In this document: piece by piece, positions 50,879 through 61,153 of the stretch
Layout of the letters: each line of letters starts with the position of its first letter
Numbering within the stretch: the first letter of the stretch is position 1
Origin: an uncultured Gemmatimonadaceae bacterium
GTDB lineage: Bacteria; Gemmatimonadota; Gemmatimonadetes; Gemmatimonadales; Gemmatimonadaceae
Assembly (NCBI GenBank): GCA_963829055.1
Contig: CAWHHI010000006.1
Span: 559,331 to 623,330, forward strand
Length of the DNA stretch: 64,000 nt
Direction of reading: 5' to 3'
Notes under the pieces: model-generated
The model's database searches: none
Told to the model about the DNA's origin: nothing
Seen by the model: only the letters and a program-made list of their open reading frames with translations
Made by a program: the position numbers and the translations under genes

Positions 50879-51721
50879 ATGCCCGACCGGACCGCGAACG
50901 TCGACGAGGGGTGGCGCGCCGTGCGCGCGGCCTCGCCGGCCGTCGATGGCGGCGCGCGCCGCGGGCGGCTCACGTTCCTCGGCCACTCGACGGTGCTGAT
51001 CGAGGTCGACGACCTGCGGATCCTCACCGACCCGGTGCTGCGCGAGGGGTTCGGCCCGGTGCGACGCCAGGTGCAGGCGGTGCTGCCCGAGCTGTTCGAG
51101 GACCTCGACGCCGTGTTCATCAGCCATGGCCATCACGACCATCTCGACCCGCCGTCCCTGCGCCGTATCCCGGGCAAGCCGACGGTCATCGTCCCGCGCG
51201 GCTTCCGGCGCTTCGGGGAGCGGGCGGGCCTCGGCCCGGTCGAGGAGGTCGAGCCCGGCGACAGGCTGACGATCGACCGCGTCCGGTTCGAGGTGCTGTA
51301 CGCCGAGCACTCGGGACGCCGTGAGCCGCTCGGGCCGACCGGCCCGGCGATCGGCTGCCTGATCGCGGGATCGCGCACCGTCTACTTCCCCGGCGACACC
51401 GACCTGTTCCCCGCGATGGGCGAGCTCGCAGGGCGGCTCGACGTCGCCATGCTCCCGGTCTGGGGTTGGGGCCCGACGATCGGCGAGGGCCACCTGAACC
51501 CGGTGCGCGCCGCGGCGGTCGCGGCCATCCTCCGGGCGCGCCTGACCATCCCGATCCACTGGGGCACCTTCTACCCGGCAGGGATGCGGCGGGTCGCCCC
51601 CGGGCCGTTCGACGAGCCGGGCCGCCAGTTCGCCGACGCGCTGGCCGGGTTCGCGCCGGACCTCGAGGCTCGCGTCCTGGCGCCCGGCGAGAGCCTCGAC
51701 CTGCCGGAACCCGAGGGCTAG
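50879..51721 (+). CDS. MBL-fold metallo-hydrolase (UlaG/NAPE-PLD-like)
   Basis: FLGHSTVL, LTDPVL, SHGHHDHLD, YFPGDT, IPIHWGT. Confidence 0.92.
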   Translation: MPDRTANVDEGWRAVRAASPAVDGGARRGRLTFLGHSTVLIEVDDLRILTDPVLREGFGPVRRQVQAVLPELFEDLDAVFISHGHHDHLDPPSLRRIPGKPTVIVPRGFRRFGERAGLGPVEEVEPGDRLTIDRVRFEVLYAEHSGRREPLGPTGPAIGCLIAGSRTVYFPGDTDLFPAMGELAGRLDVAMLPVWGWGPTIGEGHLNPVRAAAVAAILRARLTIPIHWGTFYPAGMRRVAPGPFDEPGRQFADALAGFAPDLEARVLAPGESLDLPEPEG

Positions 51722-51767
51722 CCCACCTCGCTCGGGTCCCGCCGCGCCACGCGGGCGCGAGACGCGA

Positions 51768-51794
51768 AGAACCCCGCCGTTGCCGGCGGGGTTC
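51768..51794. terminator. Bidirectional hairpin
   Basis: GAACCCCGCCG-ttgc-CGGCGGGGTTC between convergent genes. Confidence 0.65.
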
Positions 51795-51816
51795 ACGCAT
51801 GGGAGCGAGGAGGGGA

Positions 51817-51936
51817 TCAGCCGAACGCGACGTGGGCGACGATCCCGAGGGCGGTGAGGAAGATCACGAGGAGGAGCAGGAGGGCGGGGAAGACGCCAAC
51901 CGCGTCGACCTCGAGGTACTGGCTCTGTGCGGACAC
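51817..51936 (-). CDS. 39-aa single-TM peptide
   Basis: Strong RBS GAAAGGAG, GTG start; SAQSQYLEVDAVGVFPALLLLLVIFLTALGIVAHVAFG; terminator follows. Confidence 0.6.
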   Translation of the reverse strand: MSAQSQYLEVDAVGVFPALLLLLVIFLTALGIVAHVAFG

Positions 51937-52178
51937 CTGGCGTCTCCTTTCTGGTCTTTGATCGAGTGGCCGTGGGTGGTGGCGGCCGATGACCAGAGAT
52001 TGCCGCACGGGCTCGCCGGGACCCACGGACGCGTGCCGCGACCGCGCGGCCACGAACGACCGCTTCGGCGATGGACGGATGACGATGTCGGGTGCCCGAC
52101 GGGGCGGACCCGGCTAGCCTCGTTCGAGCCGGTCGCTGCGAGCGTCGGCGAGCGCCCCGTCCCGGTTGAGGCGCGAGG

Positions 52179-52631
52179 TCAGGGCTTGCGCCCCTCCAGG
52201 AGCATCTCGAGCGCCTTGGCCACGCGCCGCCGGCGCGTCTCCTCGTTCTTCGTGCCTTCGACGTTGAGCACGATCGAGCGGCGATTGCTGTAGGACAGCC
52301 CGTCGAAGAACGCCCCCGCCTCGGGCTCGTCGGCGAGGGCCGCCGCGAGGTCGGCGGGGACCTCGACCTCGCGGGGCGCCGTGTCCAGCGCGAGGTCCAC
52401 CTCGATCTCGTCGCCTGCCTCGACCCCGGCGCCGGCACGATTCTCGGCCGCCAACGGGAGCATGAACACGTCCCCGTAGGCGGCGATGGTGCTGCGGTAG
52501 GTGTACCCGTTGATGGTGACGGTGACCGCAGGACGCTTCTTGCCCTGGCCCAGCTCCTCGACGACCTCGGGCGGGACCCGGAACCCCGTCGCCGTTCGCC
52601 CTTCGAGCTGGAGTGTCGTGGTGAATCGCAT
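52179..52631 (-). CDS. DUF1905 + YdeI/OmpD-associated domain protein
   Basis: ATGFRVP.EVVE.LG.GKKRP.V.VTINGYTYRST; VEVPADLAAAL...LSYS.R...K.EETR.RR. Confidence 0.85.
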   Translation of the reverse strand: MRFTTTLQLEGRTATGFRVPPEVVEELGQGKKRPAVTVTINGYTYRSTIAAYGDVFMLPLAAENRAGAGVEAGDEIEVDLALDTAPREVEVPADLAAALADEPEAGAFFDGLSYSNRRSIVLNVEGTKNEETRRRRVAKALEMLLEGRKP

Positions 52632-52674
52632 CTCGGGCAGTGTAGCGCCGAGCCCCGCCGATCGTTCCGACGCA

Positions 52675-52720
52675 AATATGGACTTGACAATATGGAAAGC
52701 GGACATTAGAAAAGAGAAAG
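52675..52720 (+). promoter_or_regulatory. AT-rich promoter with direct repeats
   Basis: TTGACA at 52684 flanked by AATATGGA at 52675 and 52689. Confidence 0.45.
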
Positions 52721-52749
52721 ACACATTCACACACGACGAGGAACGCCAC

Positions 52750-53211
52750 GTGCCGCATGACGTCATCGCCACCTGCCCCGTCTGCTCCGGCGAGCTCGCC
52801 GTCACGCGCCTCCGGTGCGGCGACTGCGGGACCGTCATCGAGGGCGAGTTCGGGGTCGGACGGTTCGCCCGCCTCACCCGCGAGCAGACGCTGGTGCTCG
52901 AGAGCTTCCTCCGCAGCCGCGGCAACCTCCGCGACATGGAGCGCGAGCTCGGCATCAGCTACCCCACCGTCCGGGCGCGCGTCGAGGCGCTGATCCGCGC
53001 GCTCGGCTTCGGGCCCCGCGACGAAGGGGATGTCCCGGCCACCGTGGCCGGCGACGTCGACACCGCACCGGCGGACGCGGCACAGGCCGCCGCCTCCGCC
53101 GCCGAGACCATCCAGGCCGGACGGCGCGAGATCCTCGAGCAGCTGTCCCGCCATGAGCTGAGCGCCGAGGAGGCCGCCGAGGCCATCCGGGCGCTGGGGA
53201 GGACCCGATGA
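52750..53211 (+). CDS. DUF2089 family protein (Zn ribbon + HTH + SHOCT-like tail)
   Basis: CPVC...L.C.DC.T.IEGEF; RGNLRDMERELGISYPTVR.R. Confidence 0.88.
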   Translation: MPHDVIATCPVCSGELAVTRLRCGDCGTVIEGEFGVGRFARLTREQTLVLESFLRSRGNLRDMERELGISYPTVRARVEALIRALGFGPRDEGDVPATVAGDVDTAPADAAQAAASAAETIQAGRREILEQLSRHELSAEEAAEAIRALGRTR

Positions 53212-54331
53212 CCGAGCTGACGTCCCAGCCCACCGCCAGCCGCGAGCTCGCGATGGAGCCACACGACGAGGTCGAGATCCTCGTCACGTCCAGCAGCGTC
53301 GTGCTGCGCGGCGTCGACAGCGACGTGTTCCGCGTGCAGAGCCTCGGCGGCGAGCATGTCGCAGACGACTTCGAGATCGAGCGCCTGGCGGGCAAGGTCC
53401 GGCTGCGCGAGATCACGACCGGCTTCAAGATCGGGTCGCTCCGGATCCGCACCGGTCACGCGCCGGACCTCGAGATCGAGGTGCCGCGGGCGGCCGCGCT
53501 GTCGTTCCGCAGCCTGAGCGGCGACGTGGAGGCGAAGGGGACGGCCGGGGAGAGCCGGTGGGCGACGGCGTCGGGCGACATCCGCGTCCAGGTGGACGGT
53601 GGTCCGGTCGCGGTCGAGTCGATGTCGGGCGACGTCGAGGTGGTCGCCACGGCGCCGATCGAGCTGCGCGCCCGCTCCGTGTCCGGCGACCTCGAGGTCC
53701 GGGGCTCCACGGTTCGACGCCCTCGCCGCCTCGTCGACGAGCGGCGACATCCGGGTCGAGGCCGCCCTGGGCGCGGGCCAGGACCACGTGATCAGCTCGG
53801 TCAGCGGCGACGTGGAGCTCACGACGTCGAGCGACGTTCGCGTCGACACGCAGTCGGTGACCGGCGACGTCCACGCCACCGGGACCCGGTTCGCCGAGGG
53901 TGGCCGCGGCCGCCGGACGCTGGTGGTCGGCGCGGGCACGGTCGGCGTGTCGGTCCGGACGACCTCGGGCGACATCCGGCTGCGCGGCGTCGCCGCCGAC
54001 GCGAGGCGTCGGCGCCCACGCCACCTGTGCCGCCCCGTCCCGCCGGCCCGCCGCCTGACGCACCGGCGGCCCCGGTCCCGCCCGAACGCGCCGGTCGCCG
54101 CCGGTCATCGTGGTCGCCGAGGCCGAGGCGGCCCCGAACCTGGTCCGCCCGGCCGCCGGCGACGCCGACGACGCGCCGTTCGGCGCCGCGAGCCCGACGG
54201 ATCGCCGCGAGGCCGCCCGGCTCGAGATCCTCCGGGCGCTCGAGCGCGGCGACCTCGACATCGAGTCCGCATCGCACAAGCTCGAGATCCTCGAGGACGC
54301 GGGCCCGCGGTTCTTCCGGGGCTGGTGCTGA
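53208..54331 (+). CDS. DUF4097 beta-strand repeat protein with C-terminal SHOCT-like helix (frameshifted)
   Basis: Many S.SGD(V/I) repeats; RLEILRALERGDLDIESA. Confidence 0.8.
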
Positions 54332-54332
54332 G

Positions 54333-54789
54333 ATGGGCGTCGACCCGCTCGACGAGGTCCTCCGGCTGGTGTCGGAGGGCCGGCTGACGGCCGAGGAGGC
54401 CGCACCGATCCTCGCCGCCCTCGACGACCGCTGCCGGCTTCGACCGGGAGGACGCGCCGGACGCGACACCGCCGCCGTCGGCCGGTCCCGGCTCGGAGCC
54501 GCCGGGTGGCTTCGGCTCGAACCCGCCGCCCAGCTTCGCGCCCGGCGACGCGTCGCGTGCCGAGCGCGGGGGCGGCCCGAGCATCCTGCGGATCGAGGTC
54601 ACCGACGCCGGCCGCCAGGTGGTCAACCTGCGCCTGCCGATCGCCGTCGGAAAGTTCGCACTCGACCGCATCCCGGGCCTGCCCGCCGAGCAGGTCTCGC
54701 GCGTCCGCGAGGCGCTGCGCTCCGGGTACCGCGGGTCGGTGCTCGAGGTCGACGACGACGGCGACGGCGTGCGGATCGTCCTCGAATGA
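54333..54789 (+). CDS. Hypothetical protein with N-terminal SHOCT-like motif (frameshifted)
   Basis: VLRLVSEGRLTAEEAA.IL; LRIEVTD.GRQVVNLRLP...LEVDDDGDGVRIVLE*. Confidence 0.7.
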
Positions 54790-56124
54790 CCGCGCTGCCC
54801 ATCGGGCGGGTCCGCTCGCTGCCGTTCCTGCGCGCGCTGGACGCGCGGGACTTCCGGCTTCTGTGGGCCAGCGAGGCGATCTCCGTGGTCGGCGACCAGT
54901 TCCACTTCGTCGCCTTGTCCTGGCTCGTGATCTCGCTGACCGGCTCGGGCCTTGCGCTGGGCGCCGTGCTCATCGCGATCGCCGTGCCACGCGCGGTGCT
55001 CCTCGTGCCGTTCGGCGTCCTCGCCGACCGCCGGCCCTCGCGGACGCTGATGCTCACCGCGCACCTGGTCCGCGGCGCGGTCGTCGGCGCGATCGCGGCG
55101 CTGGTGCTGACCGGAGCCGCGTCGATCCCCCTGCTCGCGCTGCTGGGCGCGGTCTTCGGCGCGGCGGACGCCCTGTACATGCCGGCGCAGCAGGCGTTCC
55201 TGCCGCGGACGCTCGAGGTCGAGCGGCTGCCGTCGGCGAACGCGATGCTCCAGGGCACCTACCAGCTCGCCTCGATCGTGGGACCGCCGATCGCCGGCGC
55301 GGTGATCGCCGTGTCCACGACGGGCGTGGCGTTCGCCGTCGACGCGACGTCGTTCGTCCTGGCGGCCATCGTGATCGCGATGATCGGCCGGCCGGGTGCG
55401 GGCGTCCGGGCGGCGATGGCTCGACCGGCGAGGCGCCGGAAACGGCCGCGGCCAAGGCGCCGGCCGAGGCGCACGAGCCGTTCCTGGCCGCGATCGGCGG
55501 CGGGATCCGGTACGTCCTGGCGCGATCGCGCGCTGGCGGTGACGATGGTGCATCTCGCTGGTGCTGAACTTCGCGCTCAACGGGCCCGTGCTGGTCGGCA
55601 TGCCGTGGCTGGCGGACCAGCGGTTCGCGGCTGGCCCGGCCGGGCTCGGCCTGCTGGCGGCCTCGTGGGCCGCGGGGGCGCTCATCGGGGTGGTCGTCGC
55701 GGGCAGCATCAGGCTCGAGCGGCAGGGGCGCATCCTGCTCGGCGCCGTGGTGGTCTGCGGCGTCAGCGAGGTGCTGGTGGGCGTGCTGCCGTCGCTGCTC
55801 GGGGTCTGGATCGTGCTCGCGCTGATGGGCGTGGCGATCGGCTACGCCAACATCGTCGCGATCTCGTGGATCCAGGGCCGCGTCGACCACGCGATGATCG
55901 GGCGCGTGATGAGCCTGGTGATGCTGATGGGCGTCGGGATCACGCCGCTGTCGCTCGCCGTGTCGGGCGTCCTGATCGACCTCGACGCGACCGCCCTGTT
56001 CGTCGGCGCCGGGCTCCTGATCCTGCTGACCGCCGTCGTGTCGGCAGCGGTCGGGTTCGTGCAGCTGTTCGACGCCGCGCGGGCGATGCCGGCAGCGGCG
56101 TCCGACCCCGCTGCCGGCCGCTGA
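54786..56124 (+). CDS. MFS transporter (frameshifted)
   Basis: FRLLWASEAISVVGD, GVLADRRP.R.LM, IGRVMSL. Confidence 0.88.
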
Positions 56125-56185
56125 CCGAGGGAAAGGGCGCCGCCTCGACGCCACGGCTCGCGATGCGCCGGCGACCAGGTGGCGG

Positions 56186-56476
56186 TCAGGCCACGGGGGC
56201 CAGCTCGTCGACAATGGCTCGCGCGGCATCTGGATCGGCGAACCATATGGCGTCGACCCAGGCGAAGTCCTGCCACTCGGGTCGCAGATCGCCGGCCGGG
56301 ACGATCGCGTCGTTGGGGCAGACCGGGCGGCATGCCCCGCACTCGATGCAGCTCTCTGGGTCCACGTACATCTTGCGGTCGACGTTCAGGTCTCCCCAGA
56401 TGCAGTCCACGGGGCACACGGCCACGCACGACTGGTCGGAATGGTCGACGCACGGCGCGGCGATGACATAGGCCAT
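56186..56476 (-). CDS. Ferredoxin, [3Fe-4S]/[4Fe-4S] FdxA-type
   Basis: YVIAAPC....DQSCVAVCPVDCI; CIECGACRPVCP. Confidence 0.9.
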   Translation of the reverse strand: MAYVIAAPCVDHSDQSCVAVCPVDCIWGDLNVDRKMYVDPESCIECGACRPVCPNDAIVPAGDLRPEWQDFAWVDAIWFADPDAARAIVDELAPVA

Positions 56477-56557
56477 GTGACGGCTCCCGCTGTCGGCCGC
56501 CCACCACGTCGGCGGGCGACCCTGAGACTGAAGCGGGGCGAACCTGTCCCGCGAGCC

Positions 56558-57960
56558 TCAGGATCCCTTGCCGGCCCCGGCCCCTCGTGTGACCACGCTG
56601 TGGCTTCGCTCATCCGCGGCTCCGCCGGCCGAGCCGGTGTTGGCCAACGCCCGCAGGACCACCGTGAAGCGGGCGCCGCCGCCGTCAGGCGAGCCCGCCT
56701 CGATGCTGCCGCCGTGCGCCTCCACGATCCGACGGGCGATGGCGAGCCCCAGCCCTGTGCCGCCCGAGCCATGGCGCGTGGTGCCCGGCAGACGGGTGAA
56801 CGGCTGGAAGATCCGGTCAAGGTCCGCGGCCGGGATACCTGGTCCACCATCGTCGACGTCGATGGTCACGTCGCGCTCCGAGGACCGGACGCGGACCGTG
56901 ACCGGCGCGCCGGCGGGCGAGTGGTCCACCGCGTTGTCGATGAGGACGAGCAGGACCTGGACGATGCGGTCGGGATCGGCCATCGACCAGGCGGGGCCAT
57001 CACCCGCGTCCACCGCGAGCGGCACGCCTCGTTCGGCAGCCATGGCCGCGGCGCCGCGAACCGTGTCGCGGGCAACCGCCGCGACGTCGACGGGCGCCGG
57101 CGTGATCGTCGTGCGCATCTCGTCCCACGCCGAGAGCTGCAGCAGGTCACCGACCAGGCCGCTGAGCCGGTCAGACTCGCCGATGATGTCGGTGAGGAGC
57201 GGACCCCCGCCGGCCACGACCAGCCCCTCCCGCTGCAGCACCTCGGCATTGGCGCGGATCAGCGCGGCTGGTGTCCGAAGCTCGTGGGACGCGTCCGCGA
57301 CGAACCGTCGTTGGGCGGCGAATCCCTCCGGATCGGTCCGAGCGCACCGCCCGTGACGAGCAACGTGATCAGGGCGGCGGCGGCCAGGCCCATCACCCCG
57401 ACGGTCACGATGGCGACCACGAGGCTCTGCGACTGGCTGTCGTGCAGGTCGAGGACGAATCCGCCCTGCACGAAGCCAACGATCGTGCCGCTTCGGATCA
57501 CCGGAACGGTGAGCAGCCGGAGGCTGTGGCTCCCTGCCGCGATCGTCCGCAGGTCCTCGCCGGTGGTCCTCGCCGCGGCGAGGACCGTCGCATCCGGCAG
57601 GCCGGCGATCGTCCGGCCGGACGCGGTTCTGGAGGACCTTGCCCGACGGCGTCGAGCACGAGCATGAAGGTGTCCGCCGCAGCCGGCGGGCGGTCGTCGA
57701 GCTCAGCGGTCTGGGCGCCATCGTCGCCATTCGTCGCCTCCCCGCCGTCGCCGCCCAGGGTCTCCTGCGTGACGCGTCGCCGCCTGGGCTGCGACCGCCG
57801 CCAGGAGCGCGTGGTCGACGTCGGCATCGAGGGCCGCAAGACCCATGATCGCCGTCGCCGAGCCGACCCCCACGACGAGCAGCGCCAGCAGGCCGAGCGT
57901 GACTGCGAACAGGCGGCGCCGGGTCCGCCGGACAAGCCGCTCGGAGTGGCCGATCGGCAT
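56558..57960 (-). CDS. Membrane sensor histidine kinase, HisKA (frameshifted)
   Basis: FVADASHELRTP, LIDNAV, DGGPGIP, IFQPF, GTGLGLAIA. Confidence 0.92.
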
Positions 57961-57964
57961 GGCG

Positions 57965-58639
57965 TCAGCCCTCGGCCTTGAGCGTGTACCCGACCCCGCG
58001 GACGGTCCGCAGGCGGGACGCCCGGCCGAGCGCGCCGAGCTTGCGCCGGAGGTACGAGACGTAGAGGTCGACCACGTTCGAATAGACATCGGGCTCGGCG
58101 CCCCAGACCTGGTCGAGGATCTGCTGGCGGGTCATCACTTGGCCGGCATGCCGGATGAAGAAGCCGAGCAGGGCGAACTCGCGCGCCGACAGGTCCACGG
58201 TCCGGTCGCCGACGACGGCGACGTGGCGGAGGTCGTCGAGGGCGAGGTCGCCGGCGGCGAGGCGGCCACTGGTGGCGGGGCTGGGGCGACGGCCCAGCGC
58301 ACGCACCCGTGCCAGGAGCTCGGTGAACGCGAACGGCTTGGCGAGGTAGTCGTCGGCGCCGGCGTCGAGGCCGGCGACACGATCATCGACCGCACCCAGC
58401 GCTGTCAGCATCAGCACTGGAGCGGCGACCCCCTTGGCTCGCAGGAGCCGCAGCACGGTGACGCCGTCGATGTCCGGCAGGAGCCGGTCGAGGACGATGA
58501 CATCGGGCTCGCCGTGCGTGGCCAGCGCGATGGCGCCGACTCCGTCCGGCGCGACGTCGACCACGTGGCGCTCGGCCACCAGGACGCGCTTGATCAGCGC
58601 GGCCATCTTCGGTTCGTCTTCCACCACGAGCACGTGCAT
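57965..58639 (-). CDS. OmpR family response regulator
   Basis: VLVVEDE, LDRLLP, GADDYLAKPF, NVVDLYVSYLRRKL, TVRGVGY. Confidence 0.95.
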   Translation of the reverse strand: MHVLVVEDEPKMAALIKRVLVAERHVVDVAPDGVGAIALATHGEPDVIVLDRLLPDIDGVTVLRLLRAKGVAAPVLMLTALGAVDDRVAGLDAGADDYLAKPFAFTELLARVRALGRRPSPATSGRLAAGDLALDDLRHVAVVGDRTVDLSAREFALLGFFIRHAGQVMTRQQILDQVWGAEPDVYSNVVDLYVSYLRRKLGALGRASRLRTVRGVGYTLKAEG

Positions 58640-58781
58640 CGGCTGCAGTCTGCGGGCCTGTCACGGCTGGGTCGAGGGCCATTGGCCCTGTCTGTGGAAC
58701 TTCTCATCCGGGCCATACGGGTCGCGTCCGACGCCTGCACGAGGATCTGTGGCGTCGTCACCAGTACGGAGCCCGTCACCG

Positions 58782-59069
58782 ATGGTCCAGCGCATCGCCC
58801 TGTTCATCGCCTCGCTCACGGCCGCCCTCGTCCTCACGGCGGGCCTCGCCCTCAACGGCCTCGCGCCCGCTGCCGACCCGGGTCCGGTCGTTGCCGACGT
58901 GGCGCCCGCCGCCACGGACCCCGCGCCCACGCCGACCGTGAAGGTCGACACCGTCTACGTCACGCCGAAGGTCAAGCCCAGGCACGTCACCGTGACGCGA
59001 ACCGTTGGGACCACCCGGAGGTCCGGCGAGCATGAGCACGAGCGCGAGGGCGGGGGCGGGGACGACTGA
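58782..59069 (+). CDS. Small exported or membrane-anchored protein with His/Glu-rich tail
   Basis: N-terminal hydrophobic helix, Pro/Thr linker, ends GEHEHEREGGGGDD. Confidence 0.6.
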   Translation: MVQRIALFIASLTAALVLTAGLALNGLAPAADPGPVVADVAPAATDPAPTPTVKVDTVYVTPKVKPRHVTVTRTVGTTRRSGEHEHEREGGGGDD

Positions 59070-59512
59070 TGACCGTGCGCCGATCGATTCGCGACGAGCC
59101 CGCGGGCCCGATGCGGCGGCTCGACTCACGGCCGCCGGCACCGGGTCGCGGCCGCCCCTCCGCCGCATCGGGGTCGGTCCCGTTCCCAGGACCGTTCCCG
59201 AGCGGCGCCGGCCGGACGCGGGATCCCTCCGCATGCTGGCCCTGTTCACCGGCATCGCGTCCGCCTCCGCGCTGGCAGCGGCCATGCTCCCGTCCGTCGC
59301 CCCGGCCAGCGATGCCGGCGTCGGATCTCCGCCTACGACCGATCCGGCGGGCATCGCGGATGCGCCTGCCCCATCGGTCCGGCATGTCAAGCGGTACGTC
59401 GTCCTGAAGCCGGGCCAGACGCCGCCGCCCAACGCCCGCGTCCTCGTGCCGGCCGACCCCGACGCCTCGCGTCACCGTCGTCACCCGGACACGCCAGTCG
59501 GGGAAGCCGTGA
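59069..59512 (+). CDS. Small membrane-anchored protein ending TRTRQSGKP (frameshifted)
   Basis: TM segment LALFTGIASASALAAAML; RYVVLKPGQT; TGATG overlaps with both neighbours. Confidence 0.55.
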
Positions 59513-60439
59513 TGGTCGCCCTGGAGCTGAGCCGCTTGGCGTCCGCGGAGCGCGCGATGATGGGGGGCCGGGTCTCCGTGCACCTGCGCGACGTCCCGGG
59601 CAGCGCCGCCGCGGGAGACACGGCGACGCGGGTGCTCGACCGGATCGCGGTGTGGGCGGAGCGCCTCACGCGCTTCGAACCAACGTCGGAGCTGATGCGC
59701 CTCAACGCGGCCGGCGTGGGAGCCGTGCGCGTCGGCCCGACGCTGACCGCGGTCCTCGACTGGGCGCGCGAGCTGGAGGGCCGGACGGACGGACGCATCG
59801 ACGTCTCGATGCTCGAGGCTCGTCTCTCGCGCTCGAGGCCGGCGAGCCGATCGACCCTCCGTCGGCCGCCGCGCGACGCTGGTCGCTTCGGCGGTTGCCT
59901 CGCGGCTCGGTCGTCGAGCGGCCGCCGCACCGTGCGGTTCGACCTCGACGGCGTCGCGAAGGGCTGGCTCGCCGATCGCGCCCTGGCCCTCGCACCCGGG
60001 CCGTCGGCGATGATCGATGCCGACGGCGACATCGCGGCGCGGATCGCCGGCGGCGACTCGTGGATGGTCGGTGTGGCGGATCCCGTCGATCAACCGGATG
60101 GACTGCTGGCGGTCGTCCGGCTTGCCTCGAGCGGGACGTGCCGCACGATCGGGCTGGCGACGTCGGGGACGAGCGTGCATCGCTGGGATCGGGCGACTGG
60201 TGTCGCCCACCACCTGATCGATCCGGCGACGTGGCGATCCGCCACGACGGACGTCGTCCAGGCGACGGTCCTCGCGGACAGTGCGCGCCTCGCGGAGGGG
60301 TTCGCCAAGGTCGCCGTGCTCGCCGGCGCCACCGATGCCTTCGAGTTCGCGAGCCGTCCGGGCATCCACGGACTCCTGGTGCTCACGGCGGCGGGCGAGG
60401 TCCGTCGCGAGCGAGGGGATGGCCCGATGGCTGGCATGA
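59512..60439 (+). CDS. apbE: FAD:protein FMN transferase
   Basis: MMGG, LTRF.P.SEL.RLN, TDGRID, DLDGVAKGW.AD, DADGD, ATSG, HHLIDP.T, AEGFAK. Confidence 0.9.
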
Positions 60440-61134
60440 CCTACCGCGGCTTCGACTCGCGGACGTCGCTCGCGCGCTGGGGCCTCGCGGCCGTCGCCAT
60501 CGGGATCGTCGTCGGGGCCACGCTCCCGGCCGCCCTCGGTGGGATCGCCGCGGTCGTGGACACCAACCGCGCGAGCCTGCCGTGGCTGTTCGAGCGCCTG
60601 TTCGCGTTCCTCGCCTATCTGGCGATCACCGGGTCCGTGGTGTACGGGCTGCTGCTTTCGACCAAGGTGCTGGACCACCTCGCCCACCGGCCGGTGTCAT
60701 TTCTCCTGCACAAGGACCTCGCCGCCATCGGCGTCGGGCTGGCCGCGGTCCACGGGATGCTCCTCGGGCTCGACCACACCGTGCCGTTCTCGATGGCGCA
60801 GATCCTCGTGCCGGGCCTCGCACCCCACGCGACCGTCGGAGTGGCATTCGGCCAGGTCGCCCTCTACCTCGCCCTCATCGTGATCGGCAGCTTCTACGTC
60901 CGACGCCGGATCGGTCACCGGGCCTGGCGGGCGATCCACTACCTCACGTTCGTTGCCTTCATCGGCGCGACCGTTCACGGGATCGCTGCCGGCACCGACG
61001 GCGGCTCGCCGTGGGCGCAGGCGATCTACGTGACCGCGGCAACGGCGGTCGCGTTCCTCCTGGTCTATCGCATCGTCATGTCGACCGGAACGCGACTCGC
61101 AGGCAGGCAGTCGGCGATCGACGTCGCCCGGTAG
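60436..61134 (+). CDS. Ferric reductase-like / MsrQ-like heme b membrane protein
   Basis: PW..ER....AY, LHKDL, AVHGMLL.LD, SFYVRRRIG.RAWRAIHYL, VHGI.AGTD. Confidence 0.85.
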   Translation: MTYRGFDSRTSLARWGLAAVAIGIVVGATLPAALGGIAAVVDTNRASLPWLFERLFAFLAYLAITGSVVYGLLLSTKVLDHLAHRPVSFLLHKDLAAIGVGLAAVHGMLLGLDHTVPFSMAQILVPGLAPHATVGVAFGQVALYLALIVIGSFYVRRRIGHRAWRAIHYLTFVAFIGATVHGIAAGTDGGSPWAQAIYVTAATAVAFLLVYRIVMSTGTRLAGRQSAIDVAR

Positions 61135-61153
61135 CGGCCATCGGACGGCGTGC

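Noticed and set aside
53208..56471. 1087-aa ORF suggesting a DUF4097-MFS fusion
   Set aside because: It passes through three genes with their own stops and ATGA overlaps; the continuity comes from indels and high GC.
59005..61134. 709-aa ORF suggesting an ApbE-ferric reductase fusion
   Set aside because: TGATG (59510) and ATGA (60436) overlaps indicate separate, coupled genes; read-through is probably due to indels.
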